A stretch of 64,000 bases of DNA. It comes from Laetmonice hystrix. Lineage: Eukaryota. The notes beneath the pieces are model-generated. The model was given only the letters and a program-made list of their open reading frames with translations. It searched no databases and was not told the origin of the DNA. Within the stretch, counting starts at the first letter, position 1; each line of letters begins with the position of its first letter. Positions 38,501-50,994 of the stretch are shown here, piece after piece. The position numbers and the translations under genes were made by a program. Location of the stretch: positions 39,992,001 to 40,056,000 of the forward strand of contig OZ249436.1 of NCBI GenBank assembly GCA_965235115.1, read 5' to 3'.

Positions 38501-41008
38501 CACAGCTCCGGCAGGTCAGGGGCCCGTTTCATAACTAAGTTGGTGCGCTCGCTAAGGTCTAAAACGCAGTTAATCGACGAAAAACGCGTTAAACCGTTGC
38601 ATAACTAGTAAAGCGGGCGTTTACTTGCGAAATTTTACGTTATTTCCGCGTTAAATGGATTTTTTTAGCGCAGATGAAAAAGGTGCGGATTAAAGGGAGC
38701 GGTCCACTGTCCCGATCGTGCCCGATCGGATCGGCACCGATCACTGCAAGGATCGGCCCCCAAATCGTACCCGATTACTTGAAACCGATCCTAACGTCCA
38801 CTGTCCCGAGTGATCGGTACCGATTGAAATCGACCCCGGTTGAAATCGGTACCAATCCAGGGGGCGGATCCAGTTTTTTTAAGTAGGGGGGCCCAACGTT
38901 TCTAGGGGCGCCACAGGCGTGACTGTATACGAGCGCCGAAGGCGCGAAGTCCGCAAGCACCCAAGGCGCGAAGCCTTGCTAGGGGGGTCCGAGGACATGC
39001 TCCCCGAAAAATTTTGAAATTCAAGGTGTAATTTGGTGAAATCCGGTGCATTTTGGAGCACAAAATAAGCTTTTCAATGACCGATGTCAAAAGTCTGAAG
39101 TAGGCATCAGCTGGCGGATCCAGGATTTGGTTAAGGGGGCGCAAATTTTGTTAAGGGCCGGGGGTGCAAAAATTCAATCACAGACAATTTTATTATGCAT
39201 ATATTCATTTCCTCCAATAAAACGGTAACTCACATCAACACTGCATGGGGGAGGGGGGGGGGGGTCCTGGCCCGGGCCCCTGGGCCCCCCTAAATTTTCC
39301 TCTTTTTTGGAGGGGATCAAGATGCCCCTGACACCAGCATTCCAACAACATTATTTTAAGAAGCCTCCTGTACCTGATAGTAGGCTAACATCGGGCCCCC
39401 GAAAAAGGGCCTCGAGCCTCAAGTCCAACAGCCTTGTCTCTAGGTATGAAAAAAAAATTTAGGTCTTTTTTATCTTGCGACGGACAGAAGGGGGCGCGCC
39501 CCTGCGCCCGCCACTGGGCCTACAATGCTGTCGCCTATTTTAGAGTTTGCTGCATGTGGGTGTGGGGTCCGAATTCCTGATCGGCAGGAGAGGCGCCATG
39601 ATCGGCAGGAGGGGCGCCATGGAATTTTAGGGGGGGGGGGCGGACCCCATGTGACCCCCCTGGATCCGCCAGTGTGATCCATGGGAGATCCAGGAATGTT
39701 TTAGGGGGGCTAACCATCGGGCAAAAACATAAAAAAGCCAGTAAAGTCCTAAAAATATATGGTAAATATGATCATAGTTCACTGGGGGATCCAGGGGTGT
39801 CAAGGGGCCCGGCCCCCCTTAAATTTTCCTTTCCCTTCCCTTTTTTTTATGAAGATGCATTATTCGGACCCTGAAACCAGGATTACAACAAAATGCTTTT
39901 AAAAAAGCCTCCTATTATAGTGTACCTGATAGTAACATCGGGCCCAAAAGGGCCTCCTCAGTCGTCCAGCATTAAGATAACTCAGGGCCATGCAACGACC
40001 TGTCTGCACCGATCACGTGATCACCTAACCTGACTTTGAGTTTGACTTGGACCTAGATCTAGATCTACGTCATTTGGTTGGCCCCCCCCCCCCTGCGCCG
40101 ACGACACCCACCACCTCCTCTGAGTCTGAATTTCGCACCTCTTTCTCTTTCACCCCCACCTGCCCTACAGTCCAAGATCTTCCTAACTTCAGTTATTTTG
40201 TGCTCCAAAATGCACCAGATGTCACCAAAATACACCTTAAATTCCAAAAATGTCTGGCTGGGGCCCATGACCTTGGACCTGCCTAGGCCTATACTTTGTG
40301 CCTGCGGGGCTTGTGCGCTTCGCGCCTATAGCTATGCATGGCGCTGGGGGACTGTAATGAGGGGTGGGGGGCGGGTGTCCCCTGCATTCCTGTTTCCTAA
40401 ATATTGACAGCCAAAGCCATAGCTACCCCCCCCCTGGGCCCCCCGCCCCGAAAATTGTCATAGTAGGCCTAATTTGACTGCAAACTGGCTGGGATCGTCG
40501 GTGGTATCATCGAAAGTGACCCAGCAGGCTTTTCATTTCTATCAGAAAAGTGGTCTCCAGATGCCGGGAAATAGGGGGGGGGGGGTTGCCTTCCATATTA
40601 ATTTTGGGAGGGAGGCCCCCGGACTCCAAGCCGCAGGAACGGCTCACACCTTTGGCGCTCGCAGAATTTTATCTTACCTTTATCTCTGCAGCCCCCTTTC
40701 GCAAATGCCTGGATCAGCCCCCCCCCCCCTCCCCAATATCTTGTTCATTACATAAATATGCAGAGTATTCGAAATCCCATGCAGGGACGGATCCAGGTTG
40801 GCGCCAAATTGGGGGGTGGGGGGTTGTGACTGCCAAGAAGGGGTGTAGACTCTATGCTTTGTTTGAACGTTACGTCATTGGGGGGGGGGGGGGGTTGCAA
40901 CCCCTTCACCATCCACTGATTCTCATATAAATACATAAGATAAATGCTGCTTGCATGTTCTATTACGTGCAAAAAACGTCTTCAACAGATTTTTATCTGG
41001 CGCACTGC

Positions 41009-41253
41009 CACAGGCGGATTTAGCGGGAGGGGGTGGCAGCACGCTCCCCTGTTCATTAAAAAAAACCTTTTTTTAGCAATAGGCCCTTGGCCTAACTAAG
41101 ATAACACCTTGCATTTCGTTCTCAGATGCCAGGGAAACACGGCACTTTAATTTTCTTTTTTTTCAGACCCCTCTCCCCCACTCAAGGCTTCGCGTCTTCG
41201 GCGCCCGCATCGGGGGGGGGGGGGGCTTCCCCAAATTCCTGAATCCGCCCCTG
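41009..41253. mobile_element. hAT-like mini-element with 5-bp TSD, passenger in family B
   Basis: CACAGGCGGATT...AATCCGCCCCTG flanked by ACTGC on both sides. Confidence 0.7.
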
Positions 41254-41780
41254 ACTGCCCTACTCAGAACGTTCGAAGCTGGGTAGGCTATGATTCAGCC
41301 TTGATCATCACGGCCCTCTGCAGGCATACACCGCGAAGAGGGCCTTGGTTTGCGAACCTCTTGCTCCCTCCCTTCCCCATTGTTTTGGCGACGTTGGTAA
41401 GCACCTTTATTGCCCAAACCGATGGCAAAAATATCCCTTCTTCTCCATAATGCGGCAGTGGCGGATCCGGGGGCGGGGGGGGGGGGGGGGTGTCGGCGAT
41501 GTCCGGACCCCCCCCCCCCCTCAAATTTGCCAAATTAATTTTTTTTTATAACAAAATGCCTTTTGTTTTTACAACGGAACCCCCCTCGATTTGCCCTTTT
41601 TATGCTGGACCCCTAGGAACCCCCCCCCCCCGAATATAGACCCTAGATCCGCCCCTGAATACGCACCCCCCCCCCCCCCAAAAAAAATCATGGCTCCGGC
41701 CTGCCGTACGTCAGACCACTGAGCCATCTAGCGGTGGTTGTAGATACCATCGATCGGGCCCGATTGCAGGATCGGTCCCG

Positions 41781-44700
41781 GGCCCTGTTTCATAAAAAAT
41801 CTTACATTTTAGATTTAATCATATTGTCGATATACGATAGATTCTGTTTCATAAAAGATCGTTCTTGTCGAAGAACGATAAATTTGTCACGACCAAATGA
41901 AAAATCGCTCAAGTGTTTCATAAAATCGTTCTTGGCTTTTTTTCAATCGTTATTTCCTCGAAAATAGTCGTTGGCCACGACCACCCCGAGGGTTGTCGTA
42001 GGATAATATAAAAACATGAAATGAGTGAATTTTGGCGAAATTTTACTACAACCGTCATTTATGGAGAGGAGAAGGAGGCGTCGGTGGTTCTTCGCGTGAA
42101 TAAACCCAATTAATACTAGGTTTTACGGTGACTTATTCGTGAAACATATCGTTATTTCCTCGAAAAAAATCGTTGGCCACGACCACACCGAGGGTTGTCG
42201 TAGAATAATATAAAGGCGCGAAATAAGAGAATTTTTGCGGAATTTTACTTCAACCGTGAATTATGGAGGGGAGAAGGAGATGGTTCTTCGCGCGAATAGA
42301 CCCAATTAATAGGTTTGACGGCGACTTATTCGGGAAACGGTATCGGCTGGACAAGGAGTCAGTGATCGCCCTTTCAAGAACATATGAAGACTCGCCGTGT
42401 TGCTCAACGTCCGGCGACCCAAGTAGTATCATGAATATAGTCAAAGCTTGAATTTGTGTAAAGAACCTAACATTTATTCAAAATTTCCCAAATGTATTAC
42501 TTAGAAACAAGTAAGGTATACTTCTTTAATAGGGTAATTCTTCTTAAAGTAATTAAGATGCCTATATCAGCTGTGTAGGCCTAAAACTAACTCGCCAAAA
42601 AATATGTTAATAACCCCTTCCTCATTTTGCAGATGTGTTTGGCCCTGTGCTTCTACGCGACAGGGCCCAACTACAGAGTTCTGAGCGACCTCTAGGATTT
42701 TAGCAAGCCCACCGTTAGCCGGGCCGTAGGGGAGGTGACGGATATTGAGGGAGTCCATACTGTGCCTCTCTCATCTTGTGCTTTATCTTGGGAGATGATG
42801 ACTTTTTCTTCTCTTTGTGTTCTTTGTGTTCTTTACTGGGAACATCCGGGACATGGGGTTTGTTGTGGAGGGCAAAACATAAGACATCTATGCCTACAAT
42901 GTAGGCCTACATGATTTTATCCTTTATTTACCGGATAACAAGCACTAAGTCTTAGTACTAGCCCTAACTAGGTATCTACTATAGGTCTATACGGTGTAGT
43001 GTTTTCCATTCAGCAGAAATCTTGGTCGCCCAACTACTTATGTTTTTTTACCATAGCAGCCCATTATAAACAAGCTTGTGAAGCTTATAGCCCCCACCAA
43101 TAACTATGGATTCTTGAAGAAACGATGCACGACTTCAATTGATCTTTAAATGGCAAAGAAAATATTGCCAAAGGAGACTTCGTATGTACTTCGTCCGCAT
43201 CTTATAGTAACTATGCAGTTATGTACAATTTGATAGTGTTATCCGACGTGAAGTGTTTTGTCTAGATAAAATTGCAAATATGCTTGACCTTGATTGACCT
43301 TTAGAGGTTAGTTAAATTCATGGAAATTCATGATTTTCTTTCTCAATTTTTACTAATATTAGTAAATTTCACCAGATCCCGTCAGAGTCACAGCCCACCA
43401 ACTGAGTAGGGACTAATTATCTGTGGGTCCATGAACTCTGTGTACTTTTGGCACGCTTGTTGCCCCTCATGCCTTCTGTCACCAAGAAAGAAGGACAGAA
43501 AATGTCAGAGTTATTGTTTCGAAATCCAAGATGGCCACCAAGCAGCCATTTTTAATGATATGTTTGACCTGTGTCCTCCTTAGACTGTCCCTGGTTATTA
43601 TGTAATATTGCATGCAAGATTAGATCTTGTTATCTTCAACTGATTTGGAGGTACAGGCCATAAAAATCTGCATGACCTTGATTGACCTTTCAAGGTCGCT
43701 CAAGGTCATGGGAAATGGCGCCAAATGAAACTTCATATATGACTTCCTATCTGTCAATAATAGTAACTGTTGCGTCATCTTGCACCGTTTTCGAGATATA
43801 AGCCAAAACAGTGTCACTGTGGGGGTCAAGAAACAAATATGGCCGCCATGTCGCCATTTTGAATCTGAATTGAAATTGTATTGCGATGCATATTATATTG
43901 GCCATCATTATGCCTCCTCCCTGGACCAGGTTTGAAAGAAATCGTGACTGTTTTGGCTGAGATATTGATGAAAATGTGTTTTCATCCAAGATGGCCGCCA
44001 AACGGCCATTTTGAATGATATCAAAAATCTGTTTGACGTGCATCATACTCAGATCATCCCTGATCATTGTGTGAAGTTTCAAAGAAATCGACCCATTCAC
44101 TTCTGAGAAATCGCTGTCTACGGACATACGAACGAGCAAGAACAAGCATGATTGTGTCAAGGGGGTATTCCCGGAATTCCCCTCCTGACGTCACTATTCA
44201 GTTCATTCAACTGGTTCCCGGTTGTCTTTAGGGCGCGGTCCACTGTCCCGATCGTGCCCGATCGGATCGGCACCGATCACTGCAAGGATCGGCCCCCAAA
44301 TCGTACCCGATTACTTGAAACCGATCCTAACGTCCACTGTCCCGAGTGATCGGTACCGACCAATTGAAATCGGTACCAATCCATGGGCGGATCCGGGAAT
44401 TTTTTAGGGGGGCTAACCATCGGCCAAAAACATATTGCCTATTCTAAAGCCATGGCTTTACAGGGGGAAACTGCCCCCCCCCCAAAAAAAAATCCCCTAT
44501 CATAGTAGGCCTAATTTGACTGCAAACTGGCTGGGATCGTCGGTGGTATCATCGAAAGCCCAGCAGGCTTTTCATTTCTATCAGAAAAGTGGGCTCCTGA
44601 TGCCGGGAAATAGCGGGGTTTTTTTTTTTGCCTTCCATATTAATTTTGGGACGGGGACGGAGGGCCCCCGGACTCCAAGCCGCAGGAACGGCTCACACCT

Positions 44701-46190
44701 TTGGCGCTCGCAGAATTTCATCTTAGCTTTATCTCTGCAGCCCCCTGTCGCAAATGCCTGGATCAGCCCCCCCCCCCCCAATATCTTGTTCATTACATAA
44801 ATATGCAGAGTATTCGAAATCCCATGCAGGGACGGATCCAGGTTGGCTCCAAATTGGGGGGGGGGGGGGGTTGTGACTGCCAAGAAGGGGTGTAGACTCT
44901 ATGCTTGGTTTGAACCTTACGTCATGGGGGGGGGGGAGACTTGCAACCCCTTCACCACCCACTGGATCGGCCACTGATTCTCATGTAAATACATATAAGA
45001 TAAATGCTGCTTGCATATTCTATTACGTGCAAAAAAGTCTTCAACAGATTTTTATCTGGCGCATTTAGCGGGAGGGGGTGACAGCACGCTCCCCTGTTCA
45101 TTCAAAAACTTTTTTTCAGCTGTAGGCCCTTGGCCTAACTATGATAACACCTTGCAATTCGTTCTCAGATGCCAGGGAAACGCGGCACTTTAATTTTCAT
45201 TTTTTTCAGACCCCTCTCCCCCACTCAAGGCTTCGCGTCTTCGCATCGGGCGGGGGGGGGGGGGGGGCTTCTCCAAATTCCTGAATCCGCCCCTGACTGC
45301 CCTACTCAGAAAGTTCGAAGCTGGGTAGGCTATGATTCAGCCTTGATCATCACGGCCCTCTGCAGGCATACGCCGCGAAGAGGGCCTTGGTTTCTGTTTG
45401 CGAACCTCTTGCTCCCTCCCTTCCCCATTGTTTTGGCGACGTTGGTAAGCACCTTTACCGCCCAAATTAAGCCACCTAGACAGAGAAAACCGTTGGCAAA
45501 AATACCCCTTCTTCTCCATAGTACGCAGTGGCGGATCCCGGGGGGGGGGGGGGGGGTCGGCGAGGTCCGGACCCCCCCCCCCCCTCAAATTTGCCAAATT
45601 TAATTTTTTATAACCAAAATGCCTTTTGTTTTTACAACGGACCCCCCTCGATTTGCCCTTTTTATGCTGGACCCCCCTAGGACCCCCCCCTGAATATAGA
45701 TCCTAGATCCGCCCCTGATACGCACCCCCTCCCCTCCCCCCCCCCCCCTAAAAAAAGAAAATTGGCTACGGGCCTGCCGTACGTCAGACCACTGAGCCAG
45801 CGGCGTAGATACCATCGATCGGGCCCGATTGCAGGATCGGCCCCGACCACATTAAACCGTGTTAAAGCGATCGGGCCTGTGAAATCATCGGATCCGATCA
45901 TCTTACATCGGGAACGATCCTTACGTCCACTATAACGATCGATCGGGGGTAACAAACGATCGCCCCCGATCAGATCGTAGGTCGAGATCGGGCCCGATGA
46001 TCGGGAAAGTGGACCGCGCCCTTTACCCAGGGTCGACGAGGAACGATTTTCCAATATGTAACGATTTTGATTTTCTTCAACGATGCACTTTATGAAACGG
46101 AACCGACGATATATCGTAACGATTATCGTTCCTGCTACGATTTTTTAAGAATTATCGTTCTTTTTTGGTCGTGGTTTATGAAACAGGGCC
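41781..46190 (+). mobile_element. Harbinger family A copy 2, inserted in B copy 1
   Basis: Same TIRs and interior as 8336-11414; flanks CCG/CAG; B sequence resumes after it (CACATTAAACCG). Confidence 0.92.
44230..46022 (+). mobile_element. Family B copy 2, inserted in A copy 2
   Basis: TIR AGGGCGCGGTCCACT / AGTGGACCGCGCCCT; empty site GTTGTCTTACCCAGGG visible in A copy 1 at 11241. Confidence 0.92.
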
Positions 46191-46971
46191 CAGCACATTA
46201 AACCGTGTTAAAGCGATCGGGCCTGTGAAATCATCGGATCCGATCATCTTACATCGGGAACGATCCTGACGTCCACTAAAACGATCGATCGGGGGTCACA
46301 AACGATCGCCCCCGATCAGATCGTAGGTCGAGATCGGGCCCGATGATCGGGACAGTGGACCGCGCCCTGTCTTCGCTAACTGATAAATCGCTAATTAACG
46401 ATAATATCGTTAATTACCACATTATTTACACTGAGCACATCAACAAATATGGCGGCTAGGACAGTGCAATACCAACGTAATGCCATCTAAAATCCTGATA
46501 TTGTGGATAATGAAGATTTTATGTCATATATTATATGACATGAAATATTTCTCATTATTCACAGATGTCTTGATGGCAGTGCATGGGGGTACCAGAGTGA
46601 CTCGGGGACATCTAGTATAGGATTGTATTGGCAATAACATGTCTTCACAATTTTGCAATTAATCGCGGGATACCGATAATTATACATGCCTCCTCCTCTC
46701 TATCTAGCCGTCATTTAGCAGAGGCTCAACAAGGAGACAGGGGGCAGACAATGAATCATCGCGGTTTTCATACCAGAGAACCTGTCATTCAAACATTTAG
46801 ATAATATATTTTCTTGCAATGAACACACTACATGTACAGTTCGTGTCACCAACACATATATTGTATTTAAATTTTAGCAACGCTTGGTTCGTTTCCTTTT
46901 AGGATAGGGACCATAGGCGTGGCAACCATATTTTCATTGGAGGGGGAGGGAGACTGGGGCATGGCCCGGCA

Positions 46972-47530
46972 CATTCGGGAATCCTCGGCCATATCTTCGA
47001 AAGTAGCCTCGGGTGAAATAGGCGCCATTTTGAGCATTGCATCGCGGGTACATTTAGCTGGGACTCTCGCCAGCACGGCAGTGCTTGCAGTATTTTGCCT
47101 GCATCAGGCATGGAAGCAATTAAAATAGGCCTCCGGTGTTTTCCCCATAGTCAGTGGGCAATATTACGAGAGTATCATGTTCATGATACAAGTAGTCGTA
47201 CTATCTGTCGTGGTGCTGTCCTTCATGGGCCCGGCCATATTGCTTCCCATAATTTGATAAATTACCGTATCACGCCCATTTAGGTAAATTAGGTAATTGA
47301 TTTTTTCAGTTCAAACGTTCCCCTTCATACCACAAAATATATATTTGCACATACGATGCCAAGAAGCAGGTTTCAATAATGCACTACTTTCTGGCTCGAT
47401 GGGATATGACGGTTCACTCAGTGCCTCGCTACACAGGCCGATTTCGCCATGTATCTGGTTGCCAATAACGCCCATTTCACCCGAGGGTATATGCAGATAT
47501 GACGTCATATGCCCGAGGGAATCCCGAATG
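46972..47530 (+). mobile_element. CATTCGGGA-terminal MITE with 9-bp TSD, copy 1
   Basis: CATTCGGGAATCC ... GGAATCCCGAATG; flanking GGCCCGGCA (46963-46971, 47531-47539). Confidence 0.9.
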
Positions 47531-50084
47531 GGCCCGGCAAAGCGCCAGGGGGGTGGGGGTTTCAAAGCCCCCTTGTCAACCAATGTCTCTTTTTCCCCGA
47601 TAGAACATCTGAATTGACCGTGCTGACCTCTCCCCCATAGCAATTTTTACCTCTGAACCCCCCGTTACAAAATCCTGGAACCCCCCCCCCCCGCATCACT
47701 GCAGTGCCTTCATCAAATATGCACCAACAAGTAAACTTTTTCTCCTTACTGCTGCCACTGAATAGGAAATAATGATATTGTGATGCTTGGAATCCATTTT
47801 TGGTTTCCTGGCAGTGCGGCATATCTTTGTTATTAAAATATAACTGGCAAATAATAGGGAGGGGGCGAAACTCAATCTAATTAAAATGAGAGCTTAGTTA
47901 TATCGCATGTGTTCCATACTATATAGGTATGGAGCGGAAACAGCACTGGCACAACCGATATAGACGCGGAATACCAATAACTAATGTTAATTAGATTGGG
48001 GCGAAACGATATTATTCCCGCCAATACAAAGTTGGGGAATCGCCACCTTGCCCCCACCCCCCGGTTCCCACACCTGGCACAACGGAGGTGAGCCCCTGTG
48101 TTTGTGAATCCTCTTCCACCAAAACTTGGCCCGTAAGCGTTGGCGCTACAAAATAACAGTAATCAAAATATTATGATAACACAGATTCAGAGATGACTAT
48201 TGGGGGCGCATGACTAAAACCTGATGACAATATATTATTCTGGAAAGAACGCTCCTCTCCTTTCACATCCGCGTCCTCTGACGAAATGTACGAGATTGCA
48301 CTACTAAGCATTATACTCACCTCTTCACACTAGAACATTTTGGGGATGATTGGGGCCTACTTAAGCTGCTAATCTTCTAATAAATCTTGTAGTACGCAAT
48401 CGAACCGCAAGGTGGTGATTGGTGGTGCAGCCCTGGTATGATCTCTAAATTTAATATTTTTCGTAAGCACAAGCGGCCTTTTCAGTGTTAAATCAGGAAT
48501 GCGTATATTAACGAACCCAACGTACATCTTTTTACGCGCGATCGTTTTACGAGTTATGAAACGGCGTTACGCAAAATGCGTTAAACTTGGCGCTAGTATA
48601 TAAACGAGCGCGTACTAATTAACGCATTTTCTTAACGAGTTGTATTGCCGTTTGAGACCGGTGGAGATCTGAGTAGCCTACGCGACACCTGCTTTCCATG
48701 CATGTGAAACATGGAAATGATCGTTCGAGATGATGCATAACCTCACACTGTATTTGTCCTAAGTAATTCAAACCTAATTTCTGCTTAAAATATAGGTCTA
48801 CATAACAGTAGTATATAACTAACTGCCCCAATACCATGAGTAGCATCAGCTAAACTCATTTTGGTCAGCCCGACGTACGTTGACTGCGCACGCAACAACG
48901 ATACGTTTACGTTAGCGTTCCGCGGATGCGTGCTGTCTGCTAAAACTCTCTATTGATAGGAAATCCTTTTGAAAAAACTCAATCATAGGCCTATACATAA
49001 CTGAGAAGATCTTCGTCTGTAGACAGCCTGTTCCAACAGACGGCTGATGGGATCGGTCCCCGCGGTGCGTATGGACTCAACCGTCTGTCCAATCACTGGC
49101 AGTCGGCATTGGCAGTCAAGTGTCTTCACTATACGTAAGACTGACGTACGTCAAGAAAATCGGCTTAGTGGACTAGCCTTAAAGGCCGGGATTCGGTACC
49201 ACCCGGTAACGTTGACCTGCAGCTGACCCTGCTCCACTGGTTCAGGCCAGCAATGGGTGGGGCTGCACTGAGCTAACCTACACACTAGCAGTAGCACGGG
49301 GACGGCTTTTAAATAGGTTTAAGTTCACTTGCCGGTGAAAAAAATGGGTGGCGACAGAAAATCTGATGGATCAGCCCCGTGGGTATATAGAATGGGATGC
49401 AATGATTCAGAAGCTAGCATTGAGGCGGTACCAGACATACACGGATAACTCTCAGTGATGTATCAACTCATTACTTCATGGCATCTCTTCAAGTGTATAC
49501 TATCGGCATGCACAATCAGTCAAGGACCTGCAGACTAATTAGTGGCTTGGCGGTATATGATTGGTATTGATCTATATAATTATATGGCGTAATTGTATAT
49601 CACTTCGCCATTCAGATTCATTAACAATAAAGTATGCATGTGGCTTAGTTCCAGTTAACATGGTTTGCAGATAATAAAGTTATAAGAAAGTACGTTTGTG
49701 GCGGCCTGCTACCGGACGTAGTGTCGGCGCCAGGGATTTCAGTCTGTCAACTATAAGGACTACACTACACGATGGGCCCCGAGAATGATGGCAACAGCCC
49801 GCTTCCCCAAAAAATCATAATGTCATTAAATATTAGGTCAGTTGGTAAAATAATACAATATGATTAAATCTTCTGGTGTATAGGAAATGAACTTTTAAAT
49901 ATATTTTATCTGAAAACAATTTCTGCACGCAACAGGATTGGAAACCATGTCCTTCCTGTTTATGGTCATGCTTGTTAACCACTACACAATAGAGTTCCTC
50001 CACTACCGAAAACATTTTGAAGTGTTGAAAACTTCACAAATTATTTAATTACGTAAACTGCCGTAATCCTTGTGTTCACTTATA

Positions 50085-50994
50085 TACCCCCGTCACACTT
50101 ATTCGGAATCAGCAGGAATCAAGCAGAACCAGCCAGAATAAAGAATTCTCAAAATTAGCGCCACATTCGGGAGAGAATTTCAAATTGACCAAAATTCTGG
50201 TGAATGTCGTTCGAATACTTAGAATGCGCTTCGAACCCGCCTCGAATGATTCTTGCACATTCCGGGTGTATTAGCTCTTGAAAGCAGCTCGAATGTAGTT
50301 GAAACACAGTAGGAATATTCAGAATGCTGTTAGAATGCAGTCAGAATATTTAGAATGCACCTCGAATGCCGTACGAGTGCGGTTCGATTGCTGCCCTAAT
50401 ACCGCCCGAAGTCTGGTTGGAAGGTGCCTCGAATGCTGTACGAATTCACCTCAAATGCAGTCAGAACGCTCCCGGAATGGCCGCCGAATATGGTTCGAAC
50501 GTCCAAAAATTCAAACAGAATGCAGCTCGAATACTTAGAATGCACTTTGAATCTACTTAGAATGTAACACGAATGTTCCGAGTATAGATTCCGGCAGCAA
50601 TCGAGATGCATTCGAGGTGCATTCCGGCTAATTCGAGGGGCATTCGGGACATTCTGGCAGGATTTAAAGTGGCTTGCCGTTTCGATTTTCCCTCCAATGC
50701 GATCAGAATGTTTGGAATGCTGTTGGAATTCCGTAAGAATATTTAGAATGCAGTCAGAGTGCATTTAGAATATACTTCGAATGCCGTTCGATATTTTTCC
50801 ACTTCGAATGCACCTCGAAAGTTTTGAGCATGAGCAAAACATTCGAGCCGGCCACAAGAATGGGCCCGAATATTTGGAATGCACTCAGAGTGCACTCAGA
50901 ACTTTTAGAATGCACTTCGAATATCTAGGAATATACCAAGAATTTTCATTCCGACAGCATTCTGGCTCATTCCGCCTCTAGTGTGACTGGGGTA
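50085..50994. mobile_element. GAAT/ATTC-rich MITE
   Basis: TACCCCCGTCACACT / AGTGTGACTGGGGTA inverted ends; dense GAAT motifs. Confidence 0.75.

Larger units (their letters stand above)
38694..46368 (+). mobile_element. Family B composite MITE, copy 1 (outer)
   Basis: TIR AGGGAGCGGTCCACTGTCCCGATC / GATCGGGACAGTGGACCGCGCCCT; CGATCG-rich ends; homologous to 44230-46022. Confidence 0.88.
38520..48640. mobile_element. Harbinger-type element C, right TIR not found
   Basis: CAG-GGGCCCGTTTCATAACT left end; inverted subterminal motif AGTTATGAAACGG near 48552; right boundary approximate. Confidence 0.5.
38069..48951. mobile_element. Outermost TIR element D (3-bp ATT TSD) expanded to 10.9 kb by nested insertions
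   Basis: AGAGAGTTTTAGCA at 38069 and TGCTAAAACTCTCT ending at 48951; ATT on both sides; ACGCTAAC/GTTAGCGT subterminal inverted match. Confidence 0.8.

Noticed and set aside
41781..46190. Assembly artefact as explanation for the 8.3-11.4 kb / 41.8-46.2 kb duplication
   Set aside because: Similarity stops exactly at the TIRs, flanks differ, and the copies carry independent substitutions and indels, as expected for transposition
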